Source: an uncultured delta proteobacterium
GTDB taxonomy: Bacteria; Desulfobacterota; RBG-13-43-22
Length of the DNA stretch: 64,000 bases
Reading direction: 5' to 3'
Assembly (NCBI GenBank): GCA_963790475.1
Contig: CAWBOS010000011.1
Coordinates: 96,001-160,000 of the forward strand
The position numbers and the translations under genes were made by a program. Shown here piece by piece: positions 10,272 to 19,810 of this stretch (the stretch's first letter is position 1; every line of letters begins with the position of its first letter). The notes beneath the pieces were generated by a model, which did no database searches, was not told where the DNA came from, and worked only from the letters and a program-made list of their open reading frames with translations.

Positions 10272-10439
10272 TGACGGCTTCGTAAAAAAGCCCCTAAGTC
10301 CCGCGTTTCGCGGGATTGCACTGCGACCTTCCCCGTTTTTTAGCGGGGCAGGCTTATTGCGGCGGACTTCTCTGTACGCCTCATTCCTCAGGACTTTTTA
10401 CTGTGCCGTCCCAACTGATGGGTTTTAACGAGGGTATCA
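10272..10439. mobile_element. 168-bp MITE (family B) with 4-bp TSD TGTC
   Basis: Imperfect TIRs TGACGGCTTCGTAAAA / TTTTAACGAGGGTATCA; TGTC at 10268-10271 and 10440-10443; core shared with 21210-21262. Confidence 0.7.
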
Positions 10440-11953
10440 TGTCTGATGTTTCTCAATTTGTTCCTCCGGAGGTGAAGCCGACACCGACCCGGTTTCGCCA
10501 TGCCATAAGCAAGTATCGCATAACCATCGGAAAGAATTGTGACAATTGTGGCCTTTGTCTGAAGCTTTGCCCTTATGGGGTTTATCAACCGGGTGCCAAA
10601 CGGCCCAAACCCGGCAAGGACTTCCTTTGCCTGGGTCCGGCCTGCCAAAAAAATGATTATTTTTGCAGTACCCGCTGTCCTAAGGAAGCCATCACTATGA
10701 ACCCCAATCCGTCTTTTGAGGTGTTGGGTGATAAAAGGTGGACGGCCGATCTGCTGGCCAGTACCTGGTACATGGCCGAAACCGGAGAAGTCCCTTATCA
10801 AGATCTCAATTACAAGACCGGCGATTCGGGGGGCGGGTTTGACAAGCTTCGGCTCGTTTTTCCTCCCAACAGGGCCTTGGATTGCCGGGATGAAGATATT
10901 TCTCTTTCATTGGAACTCAATCGTACCGGAGATGAGCGGCCTTCCATTACTCTTCCGATTCCCTTTTACCTGGGGGGAATGTCCTTTGGTTCAGTAAGTA
11001 TCAATGCCATTCTCTCCCGGGTTCGGGCAGCCACCGCCTGGGGGACTTTCTGTAGTACCGGGGAAGGGGGGTTCCCTGACGACCTGATCCCCTATGAAGA
11101 TCATATTATCACCCAGGTGGCCACCGGCCTGTTCGGGGTGCGGGAAGAGACCATCCAACGGGTTCGCATTGTGGAATTTAAGTATGCCCAGGGCGCCAAA
11201 CCAGGATTGGGCGGCCATCTGTTGGGCGACAAGGTCACCCCGGAGGTGGCCCGGATGCGGGAGGCCGTGGTGGGAACTTCATTGTTTTCTCCCTTCCCCT
11301 TTCATAGTGTCTATTCCGTGGAGGACCACAAAAAACATATCGATTGGATCAAAGAGACCAATCCCCGAGCCCTGGTTTCCGTCAAGGTCTCTACCCCGAA
11401 TGATGTGGATATGGTGGCCGTCGGGAGCTATTTTGCCGGGGCCCATATACTCCAGTTGGACGGCAGTTACGGGGGCACCGGAGCGGCCCCGGATATTGCC
11501 AAAAAAAATATTGCCATGCCCCTGGAGTATGCCGTTCCCAAAGTGCATAAGTTTCTTAAGGACGAAGGTATCCGGGACAATCTGACCCTGATCGCCAGCG
11601 GCGGGATACGGACCGGGTATGACGTAGCCAAGATCATCGCCCTGGGTGCCAACGGGGTTTGCCTGGGTACCACCGACATGGTCGCTTTGGAATGCCTGCG
11701 TTGTCACAACTGCGAATCCGGCCGCGGATGCGCCCGGGGAATCGCCACCACCGATCCGGAACTGACCAATTTGATGACCCAGGATTGGGGGACCCAGCGG
11801 ATCATCAATGTCTATTCCGCCTGGATGAAACAATTGAGAACCATCCTTAAAAAGTTAGGCATTAGCCATATCCGGGATTTAGTCGGGCGCTGGGATTGCC
11901 TGGCTCATCTGGATTACATAAAGGCCGAAGAAATTGAAGGAGAGTTGGAATAG
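10439..11953 (+). CDS. Ferredoxin + glutamate synthase FMN-binding subunit (GltB2-like)
   Basis: GGMSFGS, STGEGG, QVATGLFGV, KYAQGAKPGLGGHL, GGTGAAP, CLRCHNC...C. Confidence 0.88.
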   Translation: MSDVSQFVPPEVKPTPTRFRHAISKYRITIGKNCDNCGLCLKLCPYGVYQPGAKRPKPGKDFLCLGPACQKNDYFCSTRCPKEAITMNPNPSFEVLGDKRWTADLLASTWYMAETGEVPYQDLNYKTGDSGGGFDKLRLVFPPNRALDCRDEDISLSLELNRTGDERPSITLPIPFYLGGMSFGSVSINAILSRVRAATAWGTFCSTGEGGFPDDLIPYEDHIITQVATGLFGVREETIQRVRIVEFKYAQGAKPGLGGHLLGDKVTPEVARMREAVVGTSLFSPFPFHSVYSVEDHKKHIDWIKETNPRALVSVKVSTPNDVDMVAVGSYFAGAHILQLDGSYGGTGAAPDIAKKNIAMPLEYAVPKVHKFLKDEGIRDNLTLIASGGIRTGYDVAKIIALGANGVCLGTTDMVALECLRCHNCESGRGCARGIATTDPELTNLMTQDWGTQRIINVYSAWMKQLRTILKKLGISHIRDLVGRWDCLAHLDYIKAEEIEGELE

Positions 11954-12090
11954 TAAATAAAAAAAATAGGGTTCAAGGGTTCGAGGCCTGCGGGCAGGCA
12001 GGAGGGTTTCAAGGGTTTTAACTTCCACGCCTTTCACTTGAAACCTTGGCCCCTTGAATCCTAGAACCCATTTCTATTAAGGTTTATCGT

Positions 12091-14721
12091 ATGAATCAAA
12101 AATATATTGCTCAAGCCATTCTTGATTCCCGTGCCCGTTTACTGGAAAAAACCAAGGGGCTTCCCGTCCTCCCTTTACGCACCGAGTCCGAGGAAGGGGG
12201 CTGCGGGGTTACCGGATTTGCCTGTAATATCCCAGTGGGCGGCCGCCACATTTTCGAACCTTCGGTTCAGATGCACAATCGCGGGAATGGAAAAGGGGGC
12301 GGCATCGCCGCCGTCGGCCTGGAGGCCGGTAAATTGGGGGTGGACCAATCCACTCTGGAAACTCATTTTCTGCTCCAGATTGCCTTGTTGGACCCAACGG
12401 TGTTAAAGGAACTGGAAGATCGTTTTGTCCGCCCTTTTTTTAAAATTGCCCAGGAGGATTTTGCCCCGACCGTTGACGATTATCGGGATATCCCCGGTTT
12501 GGAAATTGAACCCCCTCAGGTTAAACGCTATTTTGTCCAGGTCCAACCAAAAGTTCTGGCCTCTTTTCAACAGGAAAGAAATCTGAATAAATTATCCCCT
12601 GAAAAGGCGGCTGAAGAATTCATCTATCAAAACACCTTCCGGTTGAACCAAAACTATTACAGTTCGTTGGGGGAGAAAAAGGCCTTTGTCCTCTCCCACG
12701 GCCGCAATATGATGATCCTGAAGATCGTTGGGTATGCCGAGAAGGTGGCCCAGTATTATCAGTTGGATGATTTCAAGGCCCATGTCTGGATCGCCCATCA
12801 GCGCTATCCAACCAAGGGGCGGGTCTGGCATCCTGGAGGGGCCCATCCCTTTATCGGGCTGGATGAAGCCCTGGTTCATAACGGAGATTTCGCCAATTAT
12901 TATTCGGTCAGCGAATACCTGTATCAGCGAAATGTGGTTCCTCTGTTTTTGACCGATACCGAGGTCTCCGTTCAGGTCTTTGATCTCCTTAACCGGGTCT
13001 ATGGTTATCCTTTGGAATACATCATCGAATCCCTGGCCCCGACCACGGAAATGGATTTTGATAAGCTGCCCCTGGAAAAACAAAGGATTTACCGCCAGAT
13101 CCAGACCACCCAGATCCACGGCTCCCCGGACGGGCCGTGGTTTTTCATCATTGCCCGTAATCTCACCGGGCAAAAAACCTATCAATTGATCGGCATCACC
13201 GATACGGCCATGCTCCGGCCGCAGGTCTTCGCCCTGCAAAAAGGAGAAGTGGAGATCGGACTGATCTGCTCGGAAAAACAGGCCATCGATGCGACCTTGC
13301 AGTCCCTGGCCAGGGAAGATTCCCGGTTCGGCACCGTTGCCGATCGCTATTGGAACGCCAGGGGCGGGAGCTATACCGACGGCGGGGCCTTTATTTTTTC
13401 GGTCAAGGAATCGGAGGCCGGAAATTGGAACCTGAGCTGTCAGGATAAATTCGGCCGGCCCATTGATATCCCGGCCGAGCGGACCCCCCATGATTTTCGC
13501 CTTGAACTTAAGACCGCGCCTTTAAAGACGGCGATGGCTAAAAAGGTCAGGCAGGCCTTGGAATCAGGGAAGATCGTTCCCTTATTTTCTTCCTTAAGGG
13601 GTTCCATCGAAAAATGGGACTATGCCCAGCTCAACAGTTTTTTAGACCACCTGCTGGTTTTGGCCCAAGAGGAAAAGTTAAAGGAAGGGGTAATCGAATT
13701 GTTGACCTTGCTTCTGGATCGCAGGTATCCCACAGGGACGAAACGCCGCCGATCCCTTCTGCAATTGGTCACCCGGTCCCTTGAAAAAATATTTAACGAG
13801 ATTCCTCTTATAAACCAGACCAAAGGAACCTCTTTTCTCAGGATCGATTATGCCCATCGTCAAACGCTTCGTGCCCCGGAAGACGGGGAAAAGGTCCTGG
13901 TCATCAATGCCGGTCAGTTTCAGCCGGAAGGGGAAGACTGCGATGCCCGCCTGGTGGTCAAGGCTTATGAGCTGGGTTGGAAAAGGTTTATCGGCTATGG
14001 GTACCGGGGGCAACGATTTCTGGGTTGCGGCCTGGGGCCGGACACCAAAGGGGTCCGCATCGATGCTTATGGGAGTAGCGGGGATTACCTGGCTTCCGGG
14101 ATCGATGGATTGGAAATTTTGGTTCATGGCAATGCCCAGGACCAATTGGGGCAGATTCTCAAAAGCGGCAAACTGGTGGTCCACGGCGATGTGGGGCAGA
14201 CCTTTTTGTACGGGGCCAAAGGCGGTGAGGTTTATGTGTTGGGTAATGCCGCCGGACGCCCGCTGATTAATGCAGTGGGCAGGCCCAAGGTAGTCATTAA
14301 TGGTACGGCCCTGGATTTTCTGGCCGAATCCTTCATGGCCGGAGACCCCCATAACGGGGGAGGATTTGTCATAGTCAACGGCCTGATTGTTGATACCCAG
14401 GGGAATATAATTCCTCAGGAAACACCTTATCCCGGATCGAACCTCTTTTCTCTGGCCTCCGGCGGGGCCATTTATATCCGGGACCCCCATCAAAAAATAG
14501 TGGCCGAACAGCTTAACGGCGGGGAGATCGTCCCCTTCTCCGAGGAAGATTGGCAACTGATCCTGCCTTATCTGAAGGAGAACGAACGCCTCTTCGGCAT
14601 TTCCATCGAGGATCACCTGTTGACTGTCGATGGTCAAAGAAGCACGCCTTCAAAAGTCTTTCGCACCGTTCAACCGGCTAAACCAACGGTCCTGGCCGAC
14701 GGGTTGGATGAATGGGAATAA
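12091..14721 (+). CDS. Glutamate synthase amidotransferase domain fused to GXGXG domain (GltB1+GltB3-like)
   Basis: EGG|CGVTG Ntn nucleophile, HQRYPT, AHPF, VHNGD, TDTEV; C-terminal GXGXG repeats. Confidence 0.85.
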   Translation: MNQKYIAQAILDSRARLLEKTKGLPVLPLRTESEEGGCGVTGFACNIPVGGRHIFEPSVQMHNRGNGKGGGIAAVGLEAGKLGVDQSTLETHFLLQIALLDPTVLKELEDRFVRPFFKIAQEDFAPTVDDYRDIPGLEIEPPQVKRYFVQVQPKVLASFQQERNLNKLSPEKAAEEFIYQNTFRLNQNYYSSLGEKKAFVLSHGRNMMILKIVGYAEKVAQYYQLDDFKAHVWIAHQRYPTKGRVWHPGGAHPFIGLDEALVHNGDFANYYSVSEYLYQRNVVPLFLTDTEVSVQVFDLLNRVYGYPLEYIIESLAPTTEMDFDKLPLEKQRIYRQIQTTQIHGSPDGPWFFIIARNLTGQKTYQLIGITDTAMLRPQVFALQKGEVEIGLICSEKQAIDATLQSLAREDSRFGTVADRYWNARGGSYTDGGAFIFSVKESEAGNWNLSCQDKFGRPIDIPAERTPHDFRLELKTAPLKTAMAKKVRQALESGKIVPLFSSLRGSIEKWDYAQLNSFLDHLLVLAQEEKLKEGVIELLTLLLDRRYPTGTKRRRSLLQLVTRSLEKIFNEIPLINQTKGTSFLRIDYAHRQTLRAPEDGEKVLVINAGQFQPEGEDCDARLVVKAYELGWKRFIGYGYRGQRFLGCGLGPDTKGVRIDAYGSSGDYLASGIDGLEILVHGNAQDQLGQILKSGKLVVHGDVGQTFLYGAKGGEVYVLGNAAGRPLINAVGRPKVVINGTALDFLAESFMAGDPHNGGGFVIVNGLIVDTQGNIIPQETPYPGSNLFSLASGGAIYIRDPHQKIVAEQLNGGEIVPFSEEDWQLILPYLKENERLFGISIEDHLLTVDGQRSTPSKVFRTVQPAKPTVLADGLDEWE

Positions 14722-14758
14722 AAAAATAGGGAAGGCTGATTTTTCCTCAGCCTTCCCC
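14720..14758. terminator. Intrinsic terminator-like hairpin (U-tract on - strand)
   Basis: A-run then GGGAAGGCTGA-loop-TCAGCCTTCCC. Confidence 0.65.
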
Positions 14759-15254
14759 GCCTCTACAAATCAGGCCCTTCTGAATTCTGACCTCTGAGGT
14801 ACCGATCTTTCCCCCTCGTTTTAGCTTCGAACTCCCAACCCCGAAGTTTCTTTTTCTTGGACCGCTATGATCTGATTTTTTGCACTTTTCAGCAAAAAAA
14901 GAGTTGACTTCCCCCCTTTCCCCTTCGATGATGAAATGGTCATTGCCCTATCGCCGGGTAGGGTTGGGCATGCCGTTGAAGGACTTAAGCAACTTTATGC
15001 CAGGGGGCTGAGATACCCCATGTGGTTCATTGGGATCGAATGCGACCAAAATACATCCACCGAATCCCCGCATCGGTAACAGCTCCCTTTCCCTGTATCT
15101 ATGCACCGTTGGGGGTAGATCTCTTTAATGCCAAGAAAATAGACCTGACCCTAGAGGGGGTACGGAACTATACGAAGTCAGGGGATAAACGATAAAAAAT
15201 TGGCAATTAAGCAATAAGTTGGATTAAGCTTTTAGATATTATTGGAGACCTAAC

Positions 15255-16169
15255 GTGGCAGAAACGATAAAAATCACTTCTGTTTATGGTGTCAAAGATA
15301 ATGGCCAGTTGGTGAACATCGTAGTTGAAGGAAATTCCAATGAAATACCTTATATTTTGATAACTATTTGGGGCAAAAAACAAAATCGCAATATAATAAG
15401 GCAGATTTCTTCAGCAGAGTTTAACGAATCAATTGAACAAGAAATTATTAAAAGTGCTCAATGTGAGTGTGGGGACCAAATAACCATCAAGGCTTTCTGC
15501 TTAGCCAATTCAGCTATTTCCGATACATGGAAAGGAGAGCTTCAATGTATTGAAATAGGGAAGGAAGCAGCGGTTACAGTTGAGGAAGGTCCTGAGGTAG
15601 AAAAGGTTTTAGAGATAGTAGCGGCAGCAGAGGCTGAAGAAGCAGAAGAGGAAAAAGTCAGTCCTCCGGAATCATTGCCTTTGGAGACACCAACTCCCGA
15701 AAAAGAAGAGGAACCAGCGGTTACAGTTGCCGAAGATCATGAGGAAAAGGAAGAAGAGGAAAGTGTTCCGAAATCATTCTTATTCCCAACTATAGGAATC
15801 ACGACTGTTAAAGGTTTCACATATAAGGGAGACTTGGTGGATATCGTTGTTGAAGGTGCCTCCACCGGAAATAAAAGAATTTTAATAAAGATCCAATGGG
15901 GAAACATTAGATACTATAAAATTGTTTCTCCGTCTTCTTCGGGAGAATTCAAGTCATCATTTGAGCAAGATATTAGTAGAAGTGTTAAAAGCGAAGGCGG
16001 GGATCAACTAACCGTTACCGCTTTATCCTTAGCGGACTCAGCGATTTTCGATACATGGCAAGAAAAGTTTCATTGTGTTGAAAAAGTCGGCGTAGCGGCG
16101 AACACTGTTACCGGGAGTGACGGCGTGAAGGAGGATAAAGAGGGAATGGAGTCAGACTATGAAAAGTAG
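15255..16169 (+). CDS. Hypothetical protein with two homologous ~95-aa domains and an acidic linker
   Basis: Internal repeat G.LV.IVVEG.S...I.I.W...S.EF..S.EQ.I......GDQ.T..A..LA.SAI.DTW; GGAG RBS before GTG. Confidence 0.7.
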   Translation: MAETIKITSVYGVKDNGQLVNIVVEGNSNEIPYILITIWGKKQNRNIIRQISSAEFNESIEQEIIKSAQCECGDQITIKAFCLANSAISDTWKGELQCIEIGKEAAVTVEEGPEVEKVLEIVAAAEAEEAEEEKVSPPESLPLETPTPEKEEEPAVTVAEDHEEKEEEESVPKSFLFPTIGITTVKGFTYKGDLVDIVVEGASTGNKRILIKIQWGNIRYYKIVSPSSSGEFKSSFEQDISRSVKSEGGDQLTVTALSLADSAIFDTWQEKFHCVEKVGVAANTVTGSDGVKEDKEGMESDYEK

Positions 16170-16329
16170 TTGATCCGTGAGGATCATTGGGGGTCACCTA
16201 TTAAAAGAGATCAGGTCTATTTTCTTGACATTAAGAATGGTAACCATAGACTGAGACCTCCCATCATCCCTTATTCTAAATTCTAATGAACTGCCCTTGA
16301 TCGTCCCTCTGATCCGCTAAATCTCTCTT

Positions 16330-16794
16330 TCATCGCATATTCAAGATGCCCTTAAGTTCCTCAAGAAAGCCGATCTGACCTTTGTTTATTTTCCGGACGG
16401 CCTCGTCCTCCCCGAACCAAGCCGCCCGGTCTATTTCCGGATACTCCCTTTTTCTGCCGGACCGGGGCGGCCACTCCATGGTAAAGGTATTGCTCTTGAT
16501 CGAAGAAGGGTCGCAGTCCCCGGCAAAGGCCCAGGCGGGAACCCACTTTCCACCCGGCTGCCTGATGGTGGAAAGCGGCTTAAAAACCCCTTCGGCCCTA
16601 AACCCGGTCTCTTCAAAAAATTCCCGTTTGGCAGCTTCCAGCGGGTCCTCATTTTCAGTGTATTCGCCCTTGGGGATCGACCAGGCCCCTTCGTCCTTGC
16701 CCGCCCAGTAAGGGCCCCCGGGGTGAACCAGAAAAACCTCAAGCCCCTTATTCCCAAAACGATACATCAGCAACCCGGCACTCTGTTTAATCAT
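16330..16794 (-). CDS. NUDIX hydrolase
   Basis: WSIPKGEY..NEDPLEAAKREFFEETG Nudix box. Confidence 0.9.
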   Translation of the reverse strand: MIKQSAGLLMYRFGNKGLEVFLVHPGGPYWAGKDEGAWSIPKGEYTENEDPLEAAKREFFEETGFRAEGVFKPLSTIRQPGGKWVPAWAFAGDCDPSSIKSNTFTMEWPPRSGRKREYPEIDRAAWFGEDEAVRKINKGQIGFLEELKGILNMR

Positions 16795-16884
16795 ATCAAT
16801 TTTTCATTCGTTGCCCGTGCCATGGTTCCAGGCAAATCGATTCTTTCATGTTTTGGTAGGGACTCCGGTAAAGAAGTAAAAAAG

Positions 16885-17352
16885 TCAGGTGTCATGCCGC
16901 GCAGGTCGATCTTTCAATTTGTCAAAATCAACAAGATCCTGTGGCTTTCCGCTCGCACGTTTATTGATCAACAAATCGTTCTTGGAGATGAAATTAATTT
17001 TTAATTCACCAAGATCTGCAATAACGCGATTTTTGTAACAGGGATTGAAAAGAACCCCGTCAATAGAAGTAAGGATCTCCAACCGCATTGGAGGAAATCC
17101 CATTCTGATGACCTTTTCTTTTTTTAAAAATAATTCCTTTCTTAATTCCGGAAGATTGAATCCAAAGGCTTTCGAGACATCAACCATTTTCAAGGCATTT
17201 CTCTCGTCGATGGCTATCCAGACATCCAGATCACCGGTTGCCCGGGGGTAACCATGAAAGCCTACGGCATATCCTCCGACTATGAGGTATTTAATTTTCT
17301 TTGAGTTCAGTAATTGTAAGAACTCTTTGAAGTCTTTCGGAAATTCGATCAT
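16885..17352 (-). CDS. Minimal nucleotidyltransferase-family protein
   Basis: IVGGYAVGFHGYPRATGDLD; C-terminal NKRASGKPQDLVD. Confidence 0.8.
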   Translation of the reverse strand: MIEFPKDFKEFLQLLNSKKIKYLIVGGYAVGFHGYPRATGDLDVWIAIDERNALKMVDVSKAFGFNLPELRKELFLKKEKVIRMGFPPMRLEILTSIDGVLFNPCYKNRVIADLGELKINFISKNDLLINKRASGKPQDLVDFDKLKDRPARHDT

Positions 17353-17491
17353 GCCCGAACATCGCCCTTCTTAAGAATTCAATGGTTTCAATTCGTTCAA
17401 GGTAGCTGCGATCCTGCCAGCTGTCTCTATCATCCTCGTCATGCAAATTTCCAACTTCAAAAAAGTTTCTTTGAATTATTTCTTGTATCAT
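17291..17491 (-). CDS. Small protein paired with the nucleotidyltransferase (possible TA-like partner)
   Basis: 66 aa, W....ER...IE.LR...RLQRV pattern; overlaps downstream gene. Confidence 0.55.
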   Translation of the reverse strand: MIQEIIQRNFFEVGNLHDEDDRDSWQDRSYLERIETIEFLRRAMFGHDRISERLQRVLTITELKEN

Positions 17492-17872
17492 TTCATCATA
17501 TTCCTAAATAATTCCCACTTAAAAAGGTGGGGATAACGTTAACACAGACTGTTAGTAAGAAGGAATCTTTGGGGATAGAATACTGGCCATTATTCTCCTC
17601 AAGATCATTGAAAAGAAGACGATAAACCTGAGGCTGTTTGGGTTAAATTAACATAACCACTTAATTTGTCAAGAAAATAGTTTTAAAAGAGGCAAATATC
17701 AGAAGGAAAGTCTGAATAAAATTACTTCTCCGAATTCCTCGGTTATACCCTTAGGCGAATCTTTGGGGGCGGCATATTCATTGTACACGATTTTGGTGGG
17801 AGGAATATATCACGCGCATGACTTGGACTACCCTCAAGTTGCATAATAGACAGGGCGAAGGAGTGATTGAAA

Positions 17873-18706
17873 CTACTGAATCAACCTGCGGACCATCAGG
17901 CGCAAGGACAGGGGCAGGGTGATGAGGCAGAAGATCAGGAGATATAGAAAGTTCCATAGCTGCTGCAGGGAAAGAATATTCAAAGCCAGGGCCCGGGTCA
18001 GCTCCACCACGTGAGTCAGGGGGAAAACCCAAGCCAGCGCTTTGGCCCAGAAAGGGAGCTGATCCAAAGGGAAAAAGGTCCCGGAAAATAAAAACATGGG
18101 AGTGATGAAAAGAAAGACCGGGAGGTTGAAGGCCTCGATGTTCGGCGTCAGAGCGGTAAAACACATACCCACTGCTCCGAAGGCCATCCCCCCGAGCAGG
18201 GAGACCAGGAGTATTCCCAAAGACCAGGGATAGCTTAAAAGTCCGAAGAAAGTAAGGATGATCATCATCAAGGCCGTGGCCATCAACGAGCGGCTGGCTC
18301 CCCAGACCATTTCGCCCAGGATAACCTCTTCCACGGTCAAGGGTGTGGCCATCAGGGCATCGAAGGTTTTTTGATAATACATCCGCACATAAGAAGCATA
18401 AGTGGTTTCAAAAAAGGCATTTTGCATGATATTTATGGCCAGTATCCCCGGGGCGATGAAGGCCGCATAACTGATCAGCCGTCCTCCGAAATTCAGTTTC
18501 CCGACCAGATAACCCAATCCCGCACCAAAAGCCAAAAGATAAAAAATCGGTTCCAAAACCGGGGGCAGAAAATTAATCCTCCAGGTCTTGATATAGACAT
18601 CCCAATTGCGCTGCCAGACCCGGATAAAACGCCAGGTAATCAATTTCGGATTTCGGATTTCGGATTGCGGATTGTCAAAGGCAGGATTTGGAGTCAGGTT
18701 GTTCAT
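17873..18706 (-). CDS. ABC-2 permease (NodJ-like)
   Basis: EPIFYLLAFGAGLG, Y..FIAPG, PMFLFSGTFFP. Confidence 0.88.
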   Translation of the reverse strand: MNNLTPNPAFDNPQSEIRNPKLITWRFIRVWQRNWDVYIKTWRINFLPPVLEPIFYLLAFGAGLGYLVGKLNFGGRLISYAAFIAPGILAINIMQNAFFETTYASYVRMYYQKTFDALMATPLTVEEVILGEMVWGASRSLMATALMMIILTFFGLLSYPWSLGILLVSLLGGMAFGAVGMCFTALTPNIEAFNLPVFLFITPMFLFSGTFFPLDQLPFWAKALAWVFPLTHVVELTRALALNILSLQQLWNFLYLLIFCLITLPLSLRLMVRRLIQ

Positions 18707-19650
18707 TCGCGGAGCCCCCGGCCGGTGAATTTTAAGAACACATCCTCCAGGGTGGCCATACGCAGGGTACAGCCGCCGGTGCAGTATTCATCGGAGATTT
18801 GGCGGAACAATTTTTCTCCTTCCCGGGTGGGGATCAACAGACGATGGGGGAGCTGTTCAAAAGAGATTTGTCGGGTCTTTAGAAAATCTAATAAGGGAGG
18901 AGCGGGATTTTCCACCTCGATCACATTACCGCCGATATGTTGGCGTATCAGGGAAAGGGGAGTTCCCTCCACCAGGATATGCCCCTGATCCATAATCACC
19001 AGACGGTCGCAAATCTGTTCGGCCTCGTCCATATAATGGGTGGTCAAAAGGATACAAAGACCCTTGTTTTTAAGTTGCCAGACCTGCTCCCAAACCTGAT
19101 GTCGGGATTGGGGATCCAGTCCGGTGGTGGGTTCGTCCATAATCAACAACTCGGGATTGTGCATCAGGGCCCGGGCGATGACCAGGCGGCGCATGAGACC
19201 GCCGGAAAGTTCCGGGACCTTGGAATCCCGTTTATGGATCAGGCCCATAAAATTCAGCCATTCTTCAGCCCTTTCCCGGGCGATCTCTTTGGGCAGATTA
19301 AAATACCGGGCGTAGACCAGCAAATTTTCCCATACCGTGAAGTCCGGATCGAGATTGTTTTCCTGATGGCAAACCCCGGTCCTGGTCTTGATTTCCCGAA
19401 AGTGCCGGCGAATATCTTTCCCGAAGACCAGCAGACTTCCTTCCGTGATTGGGGAAAATCCATAAATCATCCGGATGGTGCTGGTTTTGCCCGCGCCGTT
19501 GGGTCCTAAAAATCCAAAGCACTGCCCGGCCTGGATCTCAAACGAGATATGATCCACAGCTACCAGATCGTGAAAACATTTAGTCAGGTTTTCAGCTTTA
19601 ATCACCGGCTGCATTGCAAACTCACTTCGCGTCCCATGAAAAGTTTCCAT
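18703..19650 (-). CDS. ABC ATP-binding protein (NodI-like; alternative start 19614)
   Basis: GPNGAGKT, LSGG, LIMDEPTTGLDPQSR. Confidence 0.9.
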   Translation of the reverse strand: METFHGTRSEFAMQPVIKAENLTKCFHDLVAVDHISFEIQAGQCFGFLGPNGAGKTSTIRMIYGFSPITEGSLLVFGKDIRRHFREIKTRTGVCHQENNLDPDFTVWENLLVYARYFNLPKEIARERAEEWLNFMGLIHKRDSKVPELSGGLMRRLVIARALMHNPELLIMDEPTTGLDPQSRHQVWEQVWQLKNKGLCILLTTHYMDEAEQICDRLVIMDQGHILVEGTPLSLIRQHIGGNVIEVENPAPPLLDFLKTRQISFEQLPHRLLIPTREGEKLFRQISDEYCTGGCTLRMATLEDVFLKFTGRGLRE

Positions 19651-19810
19651 ACATGCAAGACAATCTCAGATGACGATCGGGGTAGTTCGAAGTATTGAGT
19701 TCGGAGTTCGGAGCAAAAAAAATTTCCATCCCTGACTCCGAACTCCGAACTCGTCTTAGAAAATTGCCGAATCCAGGAATCTTTACAATCTTTCTTGATT
19801 GTGAACAATA

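Noticed and set aside
14988-15003. Minus-strand TGGCATAAAGTTGCT as a sigma-54 promoter
   Set aside because: GG-to-GC spacing is 9 nt rather than the required 10.
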